This document shows positions 28,641 through 42,039 of a DNA stretch of 64,000 nt, piece by piece. The position numbers were made by a program, and so were the translations under genes. Location of the stretch: assembly GCF_006345805.1 (NCBI RefSeq), contig NC_043002.1:32550001-32614000 (forward strand), written 5' to 3'. Every line of letters begins with the position of its first letter. Position 1 is the first letter of the stretch. Source of the stretch: Octopus sinensis (lineage: Eukaryota). The notes below the pieces were generated by a model. It was not told where the DNA came from. It was given only the letters and a program-made list of their open reading frames with translations, and ran no database searches.

Positions 28641-28724
28641 TTCTCTTCTATTTATTCTGTATCGTTTCAAAATTCTCCCAGGCGTTACCCATTACAATTC
28701 GTCTTGGTTTAACGGCCCTTAATA

Positions 28725-29141
28725 CTCTTTACTCTCTTTTACTCTTTTACTTGTTTCAGCCATTTGACTGCGGCCAAACTGGAGCACCGCCTTTAATCGA
28801 GCAACTTGACCCCGGGACTTATTCTTTTGTAAGCCCAGTACTTATTCTATCGGTCTCTTGTGCCGAACCGCTAAGTAACGGGGATATAAACACACCCGTA
28901 TAGGTTGTCAAGCGATGCTAGGCAGACAAACACAGACACACAAACACACACACGCATATACATATATATACATATATACGACGGGCTTCTCTCAGTTTCC
29001 GTCTACCAAATCCACTCACAAGGCTTTGGTCGGCCCGAGGCTATGGTAGAAGACACTTGCCAAAGGTGCTACGCAATGGGACTGAACCCGGAACCATGTG
29101 GTTGGTAAACAAATTACTTACCACACAGCCACTCCTGCGCC
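28725..29141 (-). mobile_element. Same CORE-like SINE family, full copy
   Basis: Shared blocks tacgacgggcttct.tcagtttccgtctaccaaatccactcacaaggctttggtc. Confidence 0.78.
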
Positions 29142-29803
29142 TGTTTGTATTCATCGATTATTTACTCTGCATATCTACTCTGGTGTCGTTTCTTCGTTCG
29201 AGGCTCTAACTCTCTACAAATTTTATATACATTTTTAATTTCTGGATGCTACTGTCTTAAGAAGCTTTCCTGTCTTGTCGTTGAAAGCATATAACAAGTT
29301 GTAATAAACAGTCGACAACTGAGCAGGAGTTAGACATCCTTTGGTATTTTCTCTCGTAGTTATCTTTGTGTACTTTTCACTCGTTGGTAATGTTCTGTAC
29401 TTGAAGTGTATTTTTGGGGTATTTTGTCATGTACGTATCTCTTGTGCGTTTATGTATTTTTCATGCGTTGGTGGTGTCCTTTACTTAATGTGGATCAAAT
29501 GTATATATATATATATATATAAACTTAGATAAACTTAGATATGTTTCGACCAAAGATTAGTCCAGGCCATGTCTAACTTAGTAGCACCACCTGATAGGAT
29601 TATTCGAATCCTGTTTAAGTCAAGTTTTGTTTATGGTCCATTCAAGTAGTGAGTTCTTGTTGGGTGAGTTGTATCCAATTATGGGTGCCTTATCTGGTAT
29701 TCTTTGAAAGAATCTATCGCAGACTCCGTTTAAAGTAGATGGGATCCTTTTCCTCTTTGATCTCTTTCTATGTATGTATATATATATATACATATATATA
29801 TAC

Positions 29804-29887
<84 letters not shown>

Positions 29888-29932
29888 TATGCATATATAC
29901 ATATATATACATATATTATTATACATATATAT

Positions 29933-30001
<69 letters not shown>

Positions 30002-30542
30002 TTTTGAATAGAAACTGGTACTTTAAACTCTTCGGTTGCATACTTGTGTGAATAAAATCGTTTTTCTTTTGAATAGAAAAAAGTCTATCTTTATTTATTC
30101 TTTTGTTGGTGGCTCAAATTTAGGTTAAATCAGTGTTTCTCAAAGAGGAGGCCTATGGGACGGTCGGACAAGTTGTTTTGAGAAAATTTGGTTTAAATGT
30201 TTGACAACTCAGCACCGTCCATTGGACGGGAGGCGTTTTGCTCGTATATATATATGACGCTATCGTACGTCAAATTCAACTTGCGTTGAAAATCAACAAA
30301 GTTTGCTTTACAAGCGTTGATATATATTGAAAGCTGCAGATAAGGAAATACTTTATTCCCAAAGGCAGAAGAGTGCTACAATAATAGCATGAACAGGATA
30401 AACTATCCATATTTTTCAGAAAAATCTGTCAGTGGCCATCCATGAGGATCGAGCTCACGGTTCAAGTCTCATGGCTATTATGTTAGCATTGCTCTGCGTT
30501 TGAGAATAAAGTATTTCCTTATACATATATATATATATATAT

Positions 30543-31560
30543 ATACTAGCATTATGACCCGGCGTTGCCGGGTCATAGTGCTAGTGCATGTATATATGTG
30601 TATATATATGTGTACATCTATATATATATATACATCTACACATAAAGTACAAAATACAAAGTTATATCTTGATATCGCTAGTGATAACAATACTCAAAAT
30701 ATATAACAGGCTGGAATTGTAAGCCCGTCTCTTGAAATTTCGATCAATTGTATCTTGTTCTCCCTCTTGTATAGAAGTGTGGCTACAATCCAGCCTACCT
30801 CTACTTCTGGGGGGACATTTTGAATTTTTATCCGGTAGGTCCCACGTCCCAGATATAAAGGTAAAAATAAAATATTTCCACTTTGCAAGGTTCGAGTCGA
30901 GTACTCCCTTGCACGCTCCGTTGACTCGAACCTTGCTTCTATTGTGGCGAATTTACCGCCTCTGGTTAGATACTTGATATCTTTCATAGTCGCACCAAGA
31001 CACTTTTCGATGGTGCTTTCCTTCAGGTGTTCAAATCTTTTTTTTCTGTACATTGTATACTTTATAAACAATAGTCTTTTCTTTAATTTAATGGACTATT
31101 CCATTTCAGCACATTCATTTTATTTTTAATTTATTCCCATTCATGTGAAACCACTTATTCAAGTTCAAGTCATTGATGCAATTTTATACCATTTGCTATT
31201 TTTACTTTTGTTATGTTATGATTATATTATACTTTAGTTTGATTTTAATTATTACTTACTACATATAATTCAATTGTTATTATTATCTCTAATTTTTATT
31301 GTTAAAGTGAAAGTATCTGACATAAAATAGAGAAATGATTTTGTTTCAATTTTAACACGTAATACTGAAATAGTGGAGAAGATAAGATATTGCTATGGGC
31401 TCGCCCTAGGCAAGAAATTGAACATTTTTTTGCCCATGAAACTACATGGACCCTAAGTAAGGCATGTGTAAAATTTGAATGAAATTGGTTGTGTAGTTCT
31501 CAAGTTTTAGGGAAACACACAGACATACAGACACACATTCTCAGTTTTATATATATATAT
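30543..31560 (+). mobile_element. Putative non-autonomous Helitron/Helentron-like element carrying a gag/ORF1-like fragment (30694-31071, -)
   Basis: 5' TACTAG followed by palindrome gacccggcgttgccgggtc; 3' end aaatttgaatgaaattgg...acagacatacagac...tttatatata. A second similar 3' end lies at about 31750-31850. Confidence 0.45.
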
Positions 31561-31837
31561 ATATATATATTCCAAAGAAAAACGATTTTATTCACACAAA
31601 TATGCAACCGAAGAGTTTTAAGTGCATCGCCACAGTTTATGTACTTGCGCGTACAAATGCACGTTCCCACGGCTTTATCGATCGCCTTCTCACCTGGAAT
31701 CGATTTTTGTAATTTTTATCCAACACTTATACATGCCCTGATGCCGTCGGCATCTACATATCAAATTTGAGCGCAGTCAGATGGAGGATGCCCGAGATCC
31801 TAGAAGACATACACACAAACAGACAGAACGGATTTTA

Positions 31838-31869
<32 letters not shown>

Positions 31870-32576
31870 GTGTATGTATGTATGTATGTATGTATGTATG
31901 TATGTATGTATGTATGTATGTATGTATGTATGTATGTACTTGCATATGGATGTAAGTATTTCTGGATCATTTAAAATTTGTCGCTGATTAAAATTTCAAA
32001 TACATCATTCGTTAAAATTAAACAATTAATATTACCACTGATTAAACTTAAGTTATCTATTTTTTATCACTTAAATTATTAACTTTAGCATTCATTAAAT
32101 TCAATTGATTTGATCTGGTTAATCAAACAATATAATTTAATCATTGCATAAAATTAAATAATTTAATGATAGCAATGGTTAGGCTAAACTGATTTTATTT
32201 TACTGCTTCAACTATATTAAGCGCTTCTGTTTTAGCATTGGTTAAACTTTTATGGTTTGAAAGTTTTCAGTCTCACGAATATTTCAATTGCAATAAAAGT
32301 TACTGTTGACACTGGTTAACTGGCAAAACCTAGAGTTGGGTTTTCGATGAAGAAACTTATTCTACATAGAATGTAAATTGCTCTATCAGACATACACAAC
32401 GAAAAGTTACAGGGTTAAGTTCTCCAGAAGTTTCAAAGCCCAAGTTAATTCGATATGCCACTGCAAATCGAACAAGAACAATAGTATTCTCACAATTTAA
32501 GAGCTCTGCAAAGTTTCATTAATTTGTGTCAATGGTAAAATGAAATAACATGGATAGAAATTCCTCTTTAACTCAC

Positions 32577-32784
32577 CTGATATTAACTGCATTTGAATGC
32601 ATCAAATATATTGATAACGTAATATCGGATCCACTTTTGCTGACATTAAAATACTCGCCACCTTGTTGCTTTGTGATTGTGATATCATCATTTTCAGCAT
32701 CTGTGACATTTAGAATTGCAGTGGCTGTTGCATTTATAATTATTTTAACAGTTTCTTCACCAGAAATTTCAGGAGCAGTGTTTC
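32577..32784 (-). CDS. Mucin exon, Ig/cadherin-like spacer (NTAPEISG...LNVTDAENDDITIT)
   Basis: Acceptor tattacag, donor gtgagt; phase 1-to-2 matches the next exon. Confidence 0.82.
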
Positions 32785-34023
32785 CTGTAATAAAGCAGAA
32801 TTGTCATCAATACTCTTGGTGTCAAAAAATTAATTTAAAAGCCGAGGATGAACAACTTTTCTCGAAACATTTGAAATTTTATCTTCCCTGTATATACTAC
32901 ATTACCGAAATTTATGGGGAGATTACTGAAATTATCATTCGACATGTAATATAATATTGGTTATCTTAATAAAGATATCAATGGAACGGTGAAGGTTAAG
33001 ATATCTCCACGTTAGCTCACATAACTTGCGAAAGCTAAATGCGCTACCATCTTAATTTATATCCTCTGAAATAGTATAATCCCTACAACAGCCAATCGTG
33101 TTCATGAGCTACACCCTGTGCAATGCACTCGCTGGAGTATTAGCCTTTGTTACCATCAGTCACGGTAGTGAATGATGCCTGTTCGGCTGCGCTCATTTGC
33201 TTAGTACAGGTGCTTCAGCCATTCTAGAATTGCACTGAAATCATATTTCAAACGGTATTATCTTTATTCTATAGAATAAAAATAATGAGAAATAATGAGC
33301 GCATATGCACATCACATATTACCGAAGGTCAGTCGCGTAGTGTGGTTGTTGTAAGTTATTTACAGCCTGATCTATGATAATCATAGAATATATATGCGTG
33401 TTCGTTTCATTTCATTGCAAGGAGACCTACAATGGTCGGAGTCATAAAAGTATGACTATAAGTTATACCGCTCTTACTTCATAGCGTATTATTTTATGGA
33501 ATTGTTGAGCTGGCAGGATAGTTAGCGCGTCAGACAGAATGTTTAAGGGGTCATTACGTTTTGCGTTCAAATCCTTTCAATGGCAATTTTGCCTTCATCC
33601 ATTCAGGGTCGCCAAAATAAAGCATCAGTAAAGTACTCGAGTCAAGAGAGTTGACTTATTCCCTTCTCTTAGATCTCCTAACTTGTGTCAAAATTTGAAA
33701 CCATCATCATCATCATCATCATCATCACCATCATCATCAGCAGCAGCATCTTCATCATCATGATTATCGTCATCATCTTCATAAAAACAGACCACAAGAT
33801 TCCACAATATAACTGTGAATATGTACTATAACAAGAATGGAAGAGTTGTCTTGTCTGTGGTACTTTGATACTGTTAAACAATAATTCACCCCCCCCCCCA
33901 CTAACTAACTTCGGCTATTAGGGTGGATCTTAAGAGATCGATCAGTCAAAACACATTTTCCTAGTTGTGTGTTACAAGGCAGAAAACGAATATAATATTG
34001 AAAAAGAATATAATATTGCTTAC

Positions 34024-34263
34024 TTGCTGCTTCGAAATCGTCTTTAGCTTCTTTATCAAGGGATTCAGTTGCTTTAGCAATACTTTCATCACCAGTTGCT
34101 ATATAGTCATAAATACAAGCGTTGTCATCTGCATTACATATCTTTAAAGATTTGTTGTAAATCTCCGAGTTTTTATCAATAAAAAGGGGAACGAAAGAAG
34201 TGTCGGTAAAGTCAGCATTTGAAAGATCCTTCGGATATTTAAACAGAGAAGATTTTATAGCCC
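34024..34263 (-). CDS. Mucin exon, post-VWD Cys region
   Basis: SLFKYP...FVPLF...ICNADDNACIYDYIATGD, typical of MUC4/SUSD2-like proteins; 240 nt. Confidence 0.9.
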
Positions 34264-34479
34264 CTGGGAAGAAAAGACGAAACAATGTTGGTATTAGTTT
34301 AATATGCAAAACAGATAAAGAGGTGAAATAAAACAAATTGCATTATAGCAAAAGAAAATAACAATAATGTCCTTGACTTTGTTTTATAAACTAAACAGAT
34401 ATAGTGAAACTATATAGCCCATAGTTAACACGCATACACACACATACATACATACACACACACATACACACACACACAT

Positions 34480-34573
<94 letters not shown>

Positions 34574-35261
34574 CAGGATGTACTTTCACAGTTATTATGT
34601 ACTAAATTCGCTTACTAGTCATTGGTCTATAGAAGACACACAGGCTGGTACTTACAGAGTAAGCTTCTGAACCACACAGACATGGTTCGTTTTGAACTGA
34701 GATCGAGACTCCTAAATTTAGATGCTTTGATTCTCTGTATTCGGATCAAAATCCGTCAGGATCAACTTAGTCTTTTCCTCTACGGTGTTGGCGGAATTGT
34801 ATGAATATCGGATTGTAGTACGGTATTTGCTCCTAGTCCTTGCGTTTTTGAGTGGTGCCTTTAGAAGAGTCAAGTATCTTTTAATCATCCGAGACAGCTC
34901 AACGCTTCAGTGATACTTTCTTCCTTTCGTTCGTCTCACACGTTTTGTAGTGACTGTAAAAGGACACAACCTTCCCTCCTAACTAAAAATTAAAATGATA
35001 TAACTTACCATTGTGTTCTGAATATTACAGCGATAAAATTCAGTTATTTAATTCCCATTGCACTTGTACCTTTAACTTGCTGACCAATTTTCAATGCAAT
35101 ATGTGCAATGCCAAAAAGTATAACAAAATATCTGTGACAATAGAGTAACATCTGATTCTATAGTTGATCAGTTTTTTCTTTGTTCTAACATCTGGCTCTA
35201 CAGTTAATCAATCGCCTAGTGGCAAACATAGTGAAAAATATAATACAATCATTTTACTTAC

Positions 35262-35465
35262 AGCGTTGACCAAACTTATAAAAGATATCCCTTTCACTAG
35301 AAGTATCAGGCAATACAGTCCCATTTGGTGTTGTGAGATCATCCGTCTTGTTATCATTATACACTCCCATGAGACCGCTAGTTAGCGTAGTATTTTTATA
35401 GCCTTCCGGTAAACTCACGGTTACAGCAAGCATGCGAATACCAACCGTCACTGATACATCAACAC
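35262..35465 (-). CDS. Mucin exon, VWD C-terminal part
   Basis: VWD-type motif TSGLMGVYNDNKTDDLTTPNG...IFYKFGQRW; 204 nt. Confidence 0.92.
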
Positions 35466-37071
35466 CTAGAAAGACAAGAATAATTATAACCTCTTTACAC
35501 TTACTTCGAAATATAATGTTGAAAAAAATTAACAGCGAAAAGTATCATAGCCATGTCAAGCAAATCTTGAAAGAACTGGTTTTCTTTCTAACCGATTGTT
35601 TTAGAATTATTTTTCAAGCAATTGATTAGATTTCTGTTTCTGTTTTATGGTTGTCATGTCGTTTCCTTTGATTGCATTACAAAGTAATTAGAAGATAGAT
35701 GTAATAAAAGAGTTTTAATTATTATAGCCACATGAAAGTATTTGTTATTTTTGTCCAGGGCAAGACTAGACTTTTCCAGTAGCCTCGGCCCTTCATCACA
35801 ATTTATTTTAGCGTAACCCTACATATCCCATTAATTCTGTATTTGTGTTTTACTCTCAAAGTAGTAAATTTGTTCTCAAACAATTTGTGCAATGAACAAT
35901 GTATCGACATTTAATACTTGGTTAGAAATATTACTTCAAGTTAAGATTCTACTTTTACCTTTTTTGCAGTGTTAAGAGAAGAGAAAACCTGAGTATGGTT
36001 GATGGCCCCCACTGGACAAAAATAGAAGTTTCGGACAAAATTTCCGTTTGAATAACTAATGTGTAAACAGGTAGGTATTGATATTGAATACTTGATTTAG
36101 AAGTGCACATCAAATTTTATTCATCTTATCTTCCTCGTTTTATATTCTGAGCGTTTTTGTACTCCCAGAAGATTAAGGAGTTTTCTAAGCACCACCACTA
36201 TACAGAATGATCCTTTAGATCATCTTAACTTGAATTCTATTGAATGGTCGTACGTAAATGTAGTTCTATGTGACAATGTTGTCAAGGTTGTCTGCATATT
36301 TGGCTGAATAATATGAAATAGCTTCTATTATAACTTATTGCTATAAGTTGCTGGGGTTATAGTAATGTGTTAGTATAAAAGAAATCAAATATTTTAATTT
36401 CGTGACCAAAATATTTTGCAATATTGTCATACTGTATCAGCATAATGGGCTTAGTTTCAGTTCAGTGTTCTATATATCCCACCCTTGGGTAGAATACAAC
36501 AAATTACAAAATGCAGCATATGAATTTCCCGGACAAATAAAAAACAGTACATGAAAAGACATTCACTAACGCAGCGCTCTATGAGAGCTCTCTATGACTA
36601 GAACCATACTGATTGGAAAAAGTCTGTTTTTGCTCTAAGATCCCATTTCCATACTATGAAGTGTTTATCAAAGAGTTTGTGAAAGGAATACATTTGCTAC
36701 TCACAGGCAGAGAGAGTTAAGCGAAGTAAGCTCATGAAAATAAACTCTAGTTATCTATTTTGTCACCGTACAAATTATATGTACATTTTTGCCGTTGATT
36801 TCGCCACGTGGAAATAGGTTTTAGTACTACTTATTTGTTTAAGATCTACTGCAGTGCCGCTGATCTAACAGATTCCAAATAGCATGTGATCCTAGGTCGC
36901 AAGGTCGTTGCAATATATGAAAAATAACAGATATTATATCGACAGGTGACTATCGTCATGGAGCAGGCGATGGAAGATATCAAAATACAAAATATTTCTA
37001 TCATTTATTCAAAACAAGTTTCTATTGTGTTTAAAACAGTGTTATTTAAGATTTACATTAAATGAGCTTAC

Positions 37072-37215
37072 CAGATGTGAATGTTAGAGACACCGACTGG
37101 TTAGTTTGGTTGTTACTATTTCTGCTAATAAACAGGTCGGGGTCAGTCAGACTATAGTTAGGGTCTTTTTGGAAATCCAATGTTTTATCAATACCATTGT
37201 GGTAGATGACCAAAG
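37072..37215 (-). CDS. Mucin exon, VWD middle (LVIYHNGIDKTLDF...SLTFTS)
   Basis: Acceptor tctattttag, donor gtaagc, 144-nt open frame; not in the ORF track. Confidence 0.85.
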
Positions 37216-37661
37216 CTAAAATAGAAAAGAATAGAAAATTTACTTCAGAGTAATGCCACTTTAAAACAATTTGGAAATAAAATAAACAACTCTACAGATA
37301 TTATTTTTAATTTTGGCACAAGGCCAGCAAGTTCGAAGGTGGGGATAAGCCGATTACATTGAACCCATGCTCAACAGATACTGATTTTATCAGTCCCGAA
37401 ATTATGAAAAGCAAAGTCGGTCTTGAAAGACTTGGAACTCAGAACGTAAAGACGAATGCAATGCCGATAAACTTTTTGCCCAGAGTTCTAATGGTCCTGC
37501 CAGATCACCGCCTTAAAATCTGTATTAGGTATTGAAGAATAGTACACAACATGAAATGTTAATTCCTGCATGAAACAAAAGCGTCAGGTTTTATTCACTA
37601 GAACACTTCATCATTATAAGAAGCAAAATGAAATCAAATTTGATATAGTAATAAAACTTAC

Positions 37662-37916
37662 TCTTTTCATCAGCAGCTAGTTCAACCTGTGCAGCGGCAT
37701 TGGTAATGAAGTCTTTCATTGCAAAAGCCGAAAATATTGTGGCGTTAATCAGAGTACCATTTGAATGTTTCGCTTGAGCGGTCCTTGCTTGAATTTCTAG
37801 CATATTTATGCCTGTGGTTTTACTATGTACTCTTATTAAGGTATATTCACCCAAACCATTAAAGGAGTATTTCAGACCATCGAGGGTTTGAATATGAGGA
37901 TCTCCAAACATCCAAG
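37662..37916 (-). CDS. Mucin exon, VWD start with GDPH motif
   Basis: AWMFGDPHIQTLDGLKYSFNGLGEYTLI; 255 nt, phase 1-1. Confidence 0.95.
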
Positions 37917-38119
37917 CTGTAAATATATTGAAATCAATGACAATTAAATTACTCACAAAAATTTATTTACTTAAAAATGTTTCATATATAAACACTGAAA
38001 GCAGATGAAAGATTTAAACAGTTAGTCGATATTAGTGTACAATATTGCAATATTGAGCAAATATATATGTATATATATATATATATATATATGATTGACT
38101 CTTAGCTCCAAAAGCTTTT

Positions 38120-38275
38120 TATATTCTCTCTGTTTATTTTCTCGTGTTCCTTTCTGCTGAAGAGCTTAGGCTCGAAACGTAAAAGACTTTCTCACCTCCC
38201 CGAGTGTTAAACTAATACACCTGTTTTTTGTTTATACACCTGTCTTCGTCTTTTGTTTTTCTGTAAGTTCCAACT
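38120..38275 (+). repeat. Short solo copy of the same hammerhead-like family (motif 38150-38185); another copy at about 868-1015 (-)
   Basis: CTTT-CTGCTGA-A-GAGC-TTAG-GCTC-GAAAC-GTA-AAAG followed by ...taatac...cacctgtcttcgtcttttg. Confidence 0.7.
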
Positions 38276-38516
38276 ATATGTATATGTATGTATATATATA
38301 TAAATATATATATATATAAATATAAAAATATGGTAAAGTAAAAAAATTCACTTTACCACACACCGAACTTTTCAGAAATAGCAGCCAAAAATTTGGCTAT
38401 TTCTTCAACTGCAAATAAAAGTCTCCAGACAATGCATACTCGGAAAATAACTCACATAGGTATAAGGGAAAAACAATGGAAGATCACATCCATATAAGAT
38501 ACCCGAGGACATCTCT

Positions 38517-38572
38517 GAGCTGATGAAGGAAAAGTGGCGTTTAACCCACAAATCCAGAAACAGGCTGTCCTC
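38517..38572 (+). ncRNA. Minimal type-I hammerhead ribozyme-like motif, copy 1
   Basis: GAG-CTGATGA-A-GGA..GTGG..CCAC..TCC-A-GAAAC-AGGCT-GTC-CTC; near-palindromic stem III ACAGGCTGT; stem I GAG/CTC. Confidence 0.6.
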
Positions 38573-39053
38573 GGGTATCTTATATGGATGTGATCTTTCA
38601 TTGTTTTTCCCTTATACCTATGTGAGTTATTTTCCGAGTATGCATTGTCTGGAGACTTTTATTTGCAGTTGAAGAAATAGCCAAATTTTTGGCTGCTATT
38701 TCTGAAAAGTTCGGTGTGTGGTAAAGTGAATTTTTTTACTTTACCATATTTTTTATAAATTAATACTTCAAATATACCGTAAATGGTCCTTTTACATACC
38801 GAATTAATTAATTCTACCCCTTTTTTACTGACAATATAATGCTTTCTCTCCAAGAATTTGAACTACAGTTTTTGCCTCTGTAGGAATGTACTACTCTATG
38901 ACTCACGTGGGTGGACAGGGAGAATAATAGATCTCATTTGTATTTTTGGATTCGCTAGTACTGGGTGTCTGGCATGGTTTGTCCGTTGTTACAAATATCG
39001 GACGGGTATGTTTGATTCTTAGTATTTTCAAATCTAAATCAGAAGAAATCTCT

Positions 39054-39109
39054 GAGCTGATGAAGGAAAAGTGGCGTTTAACCCACAAATCCAGAAACAG
39101 GCTGTCCTC
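39054..39109 (+). ncRNA. Minimal type-I hammerhead ribozyme-like motif, copy 2 (identical to copy 1)
   Basis: Same sequence 537 nt downstream. Confidence 0.6.
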
Positions 39110-39688
39110 GGGTATCTTATATGGATGTGATCTTTCATTGTTTTTCCCTTATACCTATGTGTATGCATTGTCTGGAGACTTTTATTTGCAGTTGAAGAAA
39201 TAGCCAAATTTTTGGCTGCTATTTCTGAAAAGTTCGGTGTGTGGTAAAGTGAATTTTTTTACTTTACCATATTTTTATAAATTAATACTTCAAATATACC
39301 GTAAATGGTCCTTTTACATACCGAATACTGCTTGGTCGAATTGATTAACAATTAATTAATTCTACCCCTTTTTTACTGACAATATATATAAATATATATA
39401 TATGTGTGTGTGTCTGTGCGTGTGTGTGTGTGTGTGTGTGTGTACAATGTGTCTATATAAAGAGTATTAGGTGTGGTGTACGGATATTGAATATTGAGAA
39501 AAAGGTCACCAGAGTTTTGGGGAAAAATAGAATTTTGTGAATGTAGAAACTTGTTCATTTATATAAAGCAGATGTATTTTTTTGAGTTTTGTTTAGAAGC
39601 AAACATTGTTTTTGTTTATTTTTCGTAACGTTCCAGGACAATAGAGATATATAGATAGAAAGAAAGACAGGTATGTATATAGTAGGTT

Positions 39689-39723
<35 letters not shown>

Positions 39724-40102
39724 GGATAGACAGTCAGACAGATAGCTAGAGAGAGGGCAGGAGGGAGGGGAGAAGGGTGATCTCCACTTCCTCTTCACTA
39801 TTCATTTATTTATTTAGTAATTTTCTATCGTATTTCAATGGGTTTAAGAATTGTGACCTCTTCAAGAAAGAGAAAAAAAAACAGATGTGCTGCGATCATC
39901 ACTAAAAGTCTTTTTGCCTTTGTCTCTTTTTTCCTTCTTCGTTTCTTTTTTCTTTTTTTTTTCCTTCCTTAAGGTGCTAGAAGGAAGATACTATGAAAAT
40001 TTAAATATATATGTATGTATATGTATATGTGTGTGTGTATGTGTTTGTGAGCCTGTGAGTACATACGTTTGAGAATGTCTATGTTTATACATTATTTACA
40101 CT

Positions 40103-40204
40103 ATTTACATTATTTATATTTGACGGATATTTGTCCTCATCTTGATTGTTGTTAACAACAAACAAGATGAGTACAAATATCCGTCAAGTATAAATAATGT
40201 AAAT
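40103..40204. repeat. About 100-bp imperfect palindrome
   Basis: tttacattattt...gacggatatttgt.ctcatcttg / caagatgag.acaaatatccgtc...aaataatgtaaa. Confidence 0.8.
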
Positions 40205-40414
40205 AATATACGTAATTCCTCATGTCTTAAATATAGAATTGTATTGTCTATGTTTATGTTTATAGTGTGTAATTTCGATGTTTTGCATTGAAAAATAAAA
40301 TCACGTTACCTTTTCTTTCAAGTTTTTGCATGAAAAAAAAACAGTTCGATATTTACAAATTAAAAAGATATAAACGTAAATTTAGAATATGCCAATACTA
40401 TATATATATTAATA

Positions 40415-40454
<40 letters not shown>

Positions 40455-40456
<2 letters not shown>

Positions 40457-40928
40457 CGTAAAGACAGACGAAATACCGCTAAGCAGTTCGTCCGGCCTGC
40501 TAACAATTTTTATTTCTTTATTGCCCACAAGGGGCTAAACATAGAGGGAACAAACAAGGACAGACAAAGGGATTAAGTTGATTACATCGACCCCAGTGCG
40601 TAACTGGTACATAATTTAATCGACTCCGACAGGATGAAAGGCAAAGTCAACCTCGGTGGAATTTGAACTCAGAACGTAACGGCAGACGAAATACCTATTT
40701 CTTTACTACCCACAAGGGGCTAAATACAGAAAGGACAAACAAGGACAGACAAAAGGATTAAGTCGATTATATCGACCCCAGTGCGTAACTGGTACTTGTT
40801 TAATCGACCCCGAAAGGATGAAAGGCAAAGTCGACCTCAGCGGAATATGAACTCAGAAAGCAGTGATGGACGAAATACCACAAGGCATTTCGCCCGGCGT
40901 GCTAACGTTTCTGTCAGCTCGCCGCCTT
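40455..40928 (-). mobile_element. Nin-type SINE, tandem core units
   Basis: Same motifs; further decayed copies at about 33500-33700 (+), 37310-37515 (-) and 55145-55335 (-). Confidence 0.75.
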
Positions 40929-41084
40929 GCTGAAAAAGTAATAACACAAATTTCAAAGTTGGACTGTAGTGAATTCCTATAGTATTCCAAGATAATTAAT
41001 TGTAAGCAAATTAATTTCGGTGTATAAAAATGAAGAATGTTGATAATATTATCTTTTATGAGCACAGAATACAGAATGTCTCAC

Positions 41085-41277
41085 CTCTGAAGGGAGTCCT
41101 GTAACCCCAACAGTAGTTTCTAGGCCTTCTCCATCTGTAAAGGTAACACATATTGTTTTGCATACAACAGTCATTAAATGGTTTTTCGTCGTACTGAAGC
41201 CAGTTTTTATTATCGAATAAGTTGTTGTATCTCTGATGTACACCATTTGAAAGCAACCACCACGAATAACAACATTT
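41085..41277 (-). CDS. Mucin exon, AMOP domain C-terminal part
   Basis: KCCYSWW...PFNDCC...CYLYRWRRPRNYCWGYRTP; phase 0-to-1. Confidence 0.88.
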
Positions 41278-42039
41278 CTGAGAAGTAAAAAGAAGATAGT
41301 CGTTATTTCTTTCTTAAATGAGAATAAGATCCATTTTTTCACATTAACAATAATCACCAATCTATATATAATAGAATGCAAGAAAAACACTATATAAAAT
41401 ATAAACAATAAAATTTTATTTCATTCCATTTAACAGGTTTTTATGCGAATAGATCCATAATAAATTACAATAATTGATACATGATACAAAGATATAAAGA
41501 CAACATCCATCTTTACATTCATACATATATGCATACATGTTTGTGTGAGAGAGAGAGGGGGAGGGATAACTTCTGCCTTTTTATTTGCTTCTGCTATCTG
41601 ACAGCGGCCCTGCTGGAGCACCGCCTTTAAGGGTTTAGTAGAACAAATGTTCCCATTCCTTGTCTTTCTAAGCCGCGTACTTATTCGTTTTTTTTAATCC
41701 TTTCGCCCAACGGCTAAGTTACGGGGACGTAATCAAACATAAACCTGTTGTCAAGCGTTTGTGGGAGATGAACAAATGGACAAAAAACATACAAACACAC
41801 ACACACATATTCATTCATTTTTTATTATTTACTTGTTTCAGTCATCCGACTGGCGCCAAGCTGGAGCACCGCCTTAATGGGTTTTAGTGGAGGAAATCTA
41901 TAAGTTTCTTTTGCCGAATCTGCTAAGATACAGGGATGTAAACGTACCAATATCAGTTGAAAAGAGATGGTGAGAGGGGAAACAGACACAAAGGAACGCA
42001 CACATAAATACACACACGTACACACAAAGACACACAGTT

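Larger units (their letters stand above)
38324..39384 (+). mobile_element. Non-autonomous Penelope pLTR/retrozyme-like element: 188-bp inverted arm plus two direct repeats, each with a hammerhead-like motif
   Basis: 38324-38511 is the reverse complement of 38566-38753; about 38511-38834 is repeated at about 39048-39384. Confidence 0.7.

Noticed and set aside
29525-29600. Hammerhead-like GGCC..GGTC-GAAAC-ATATC on the minus strand
   Set aside because: No recognisable CUGANGA core; too degenerate to call
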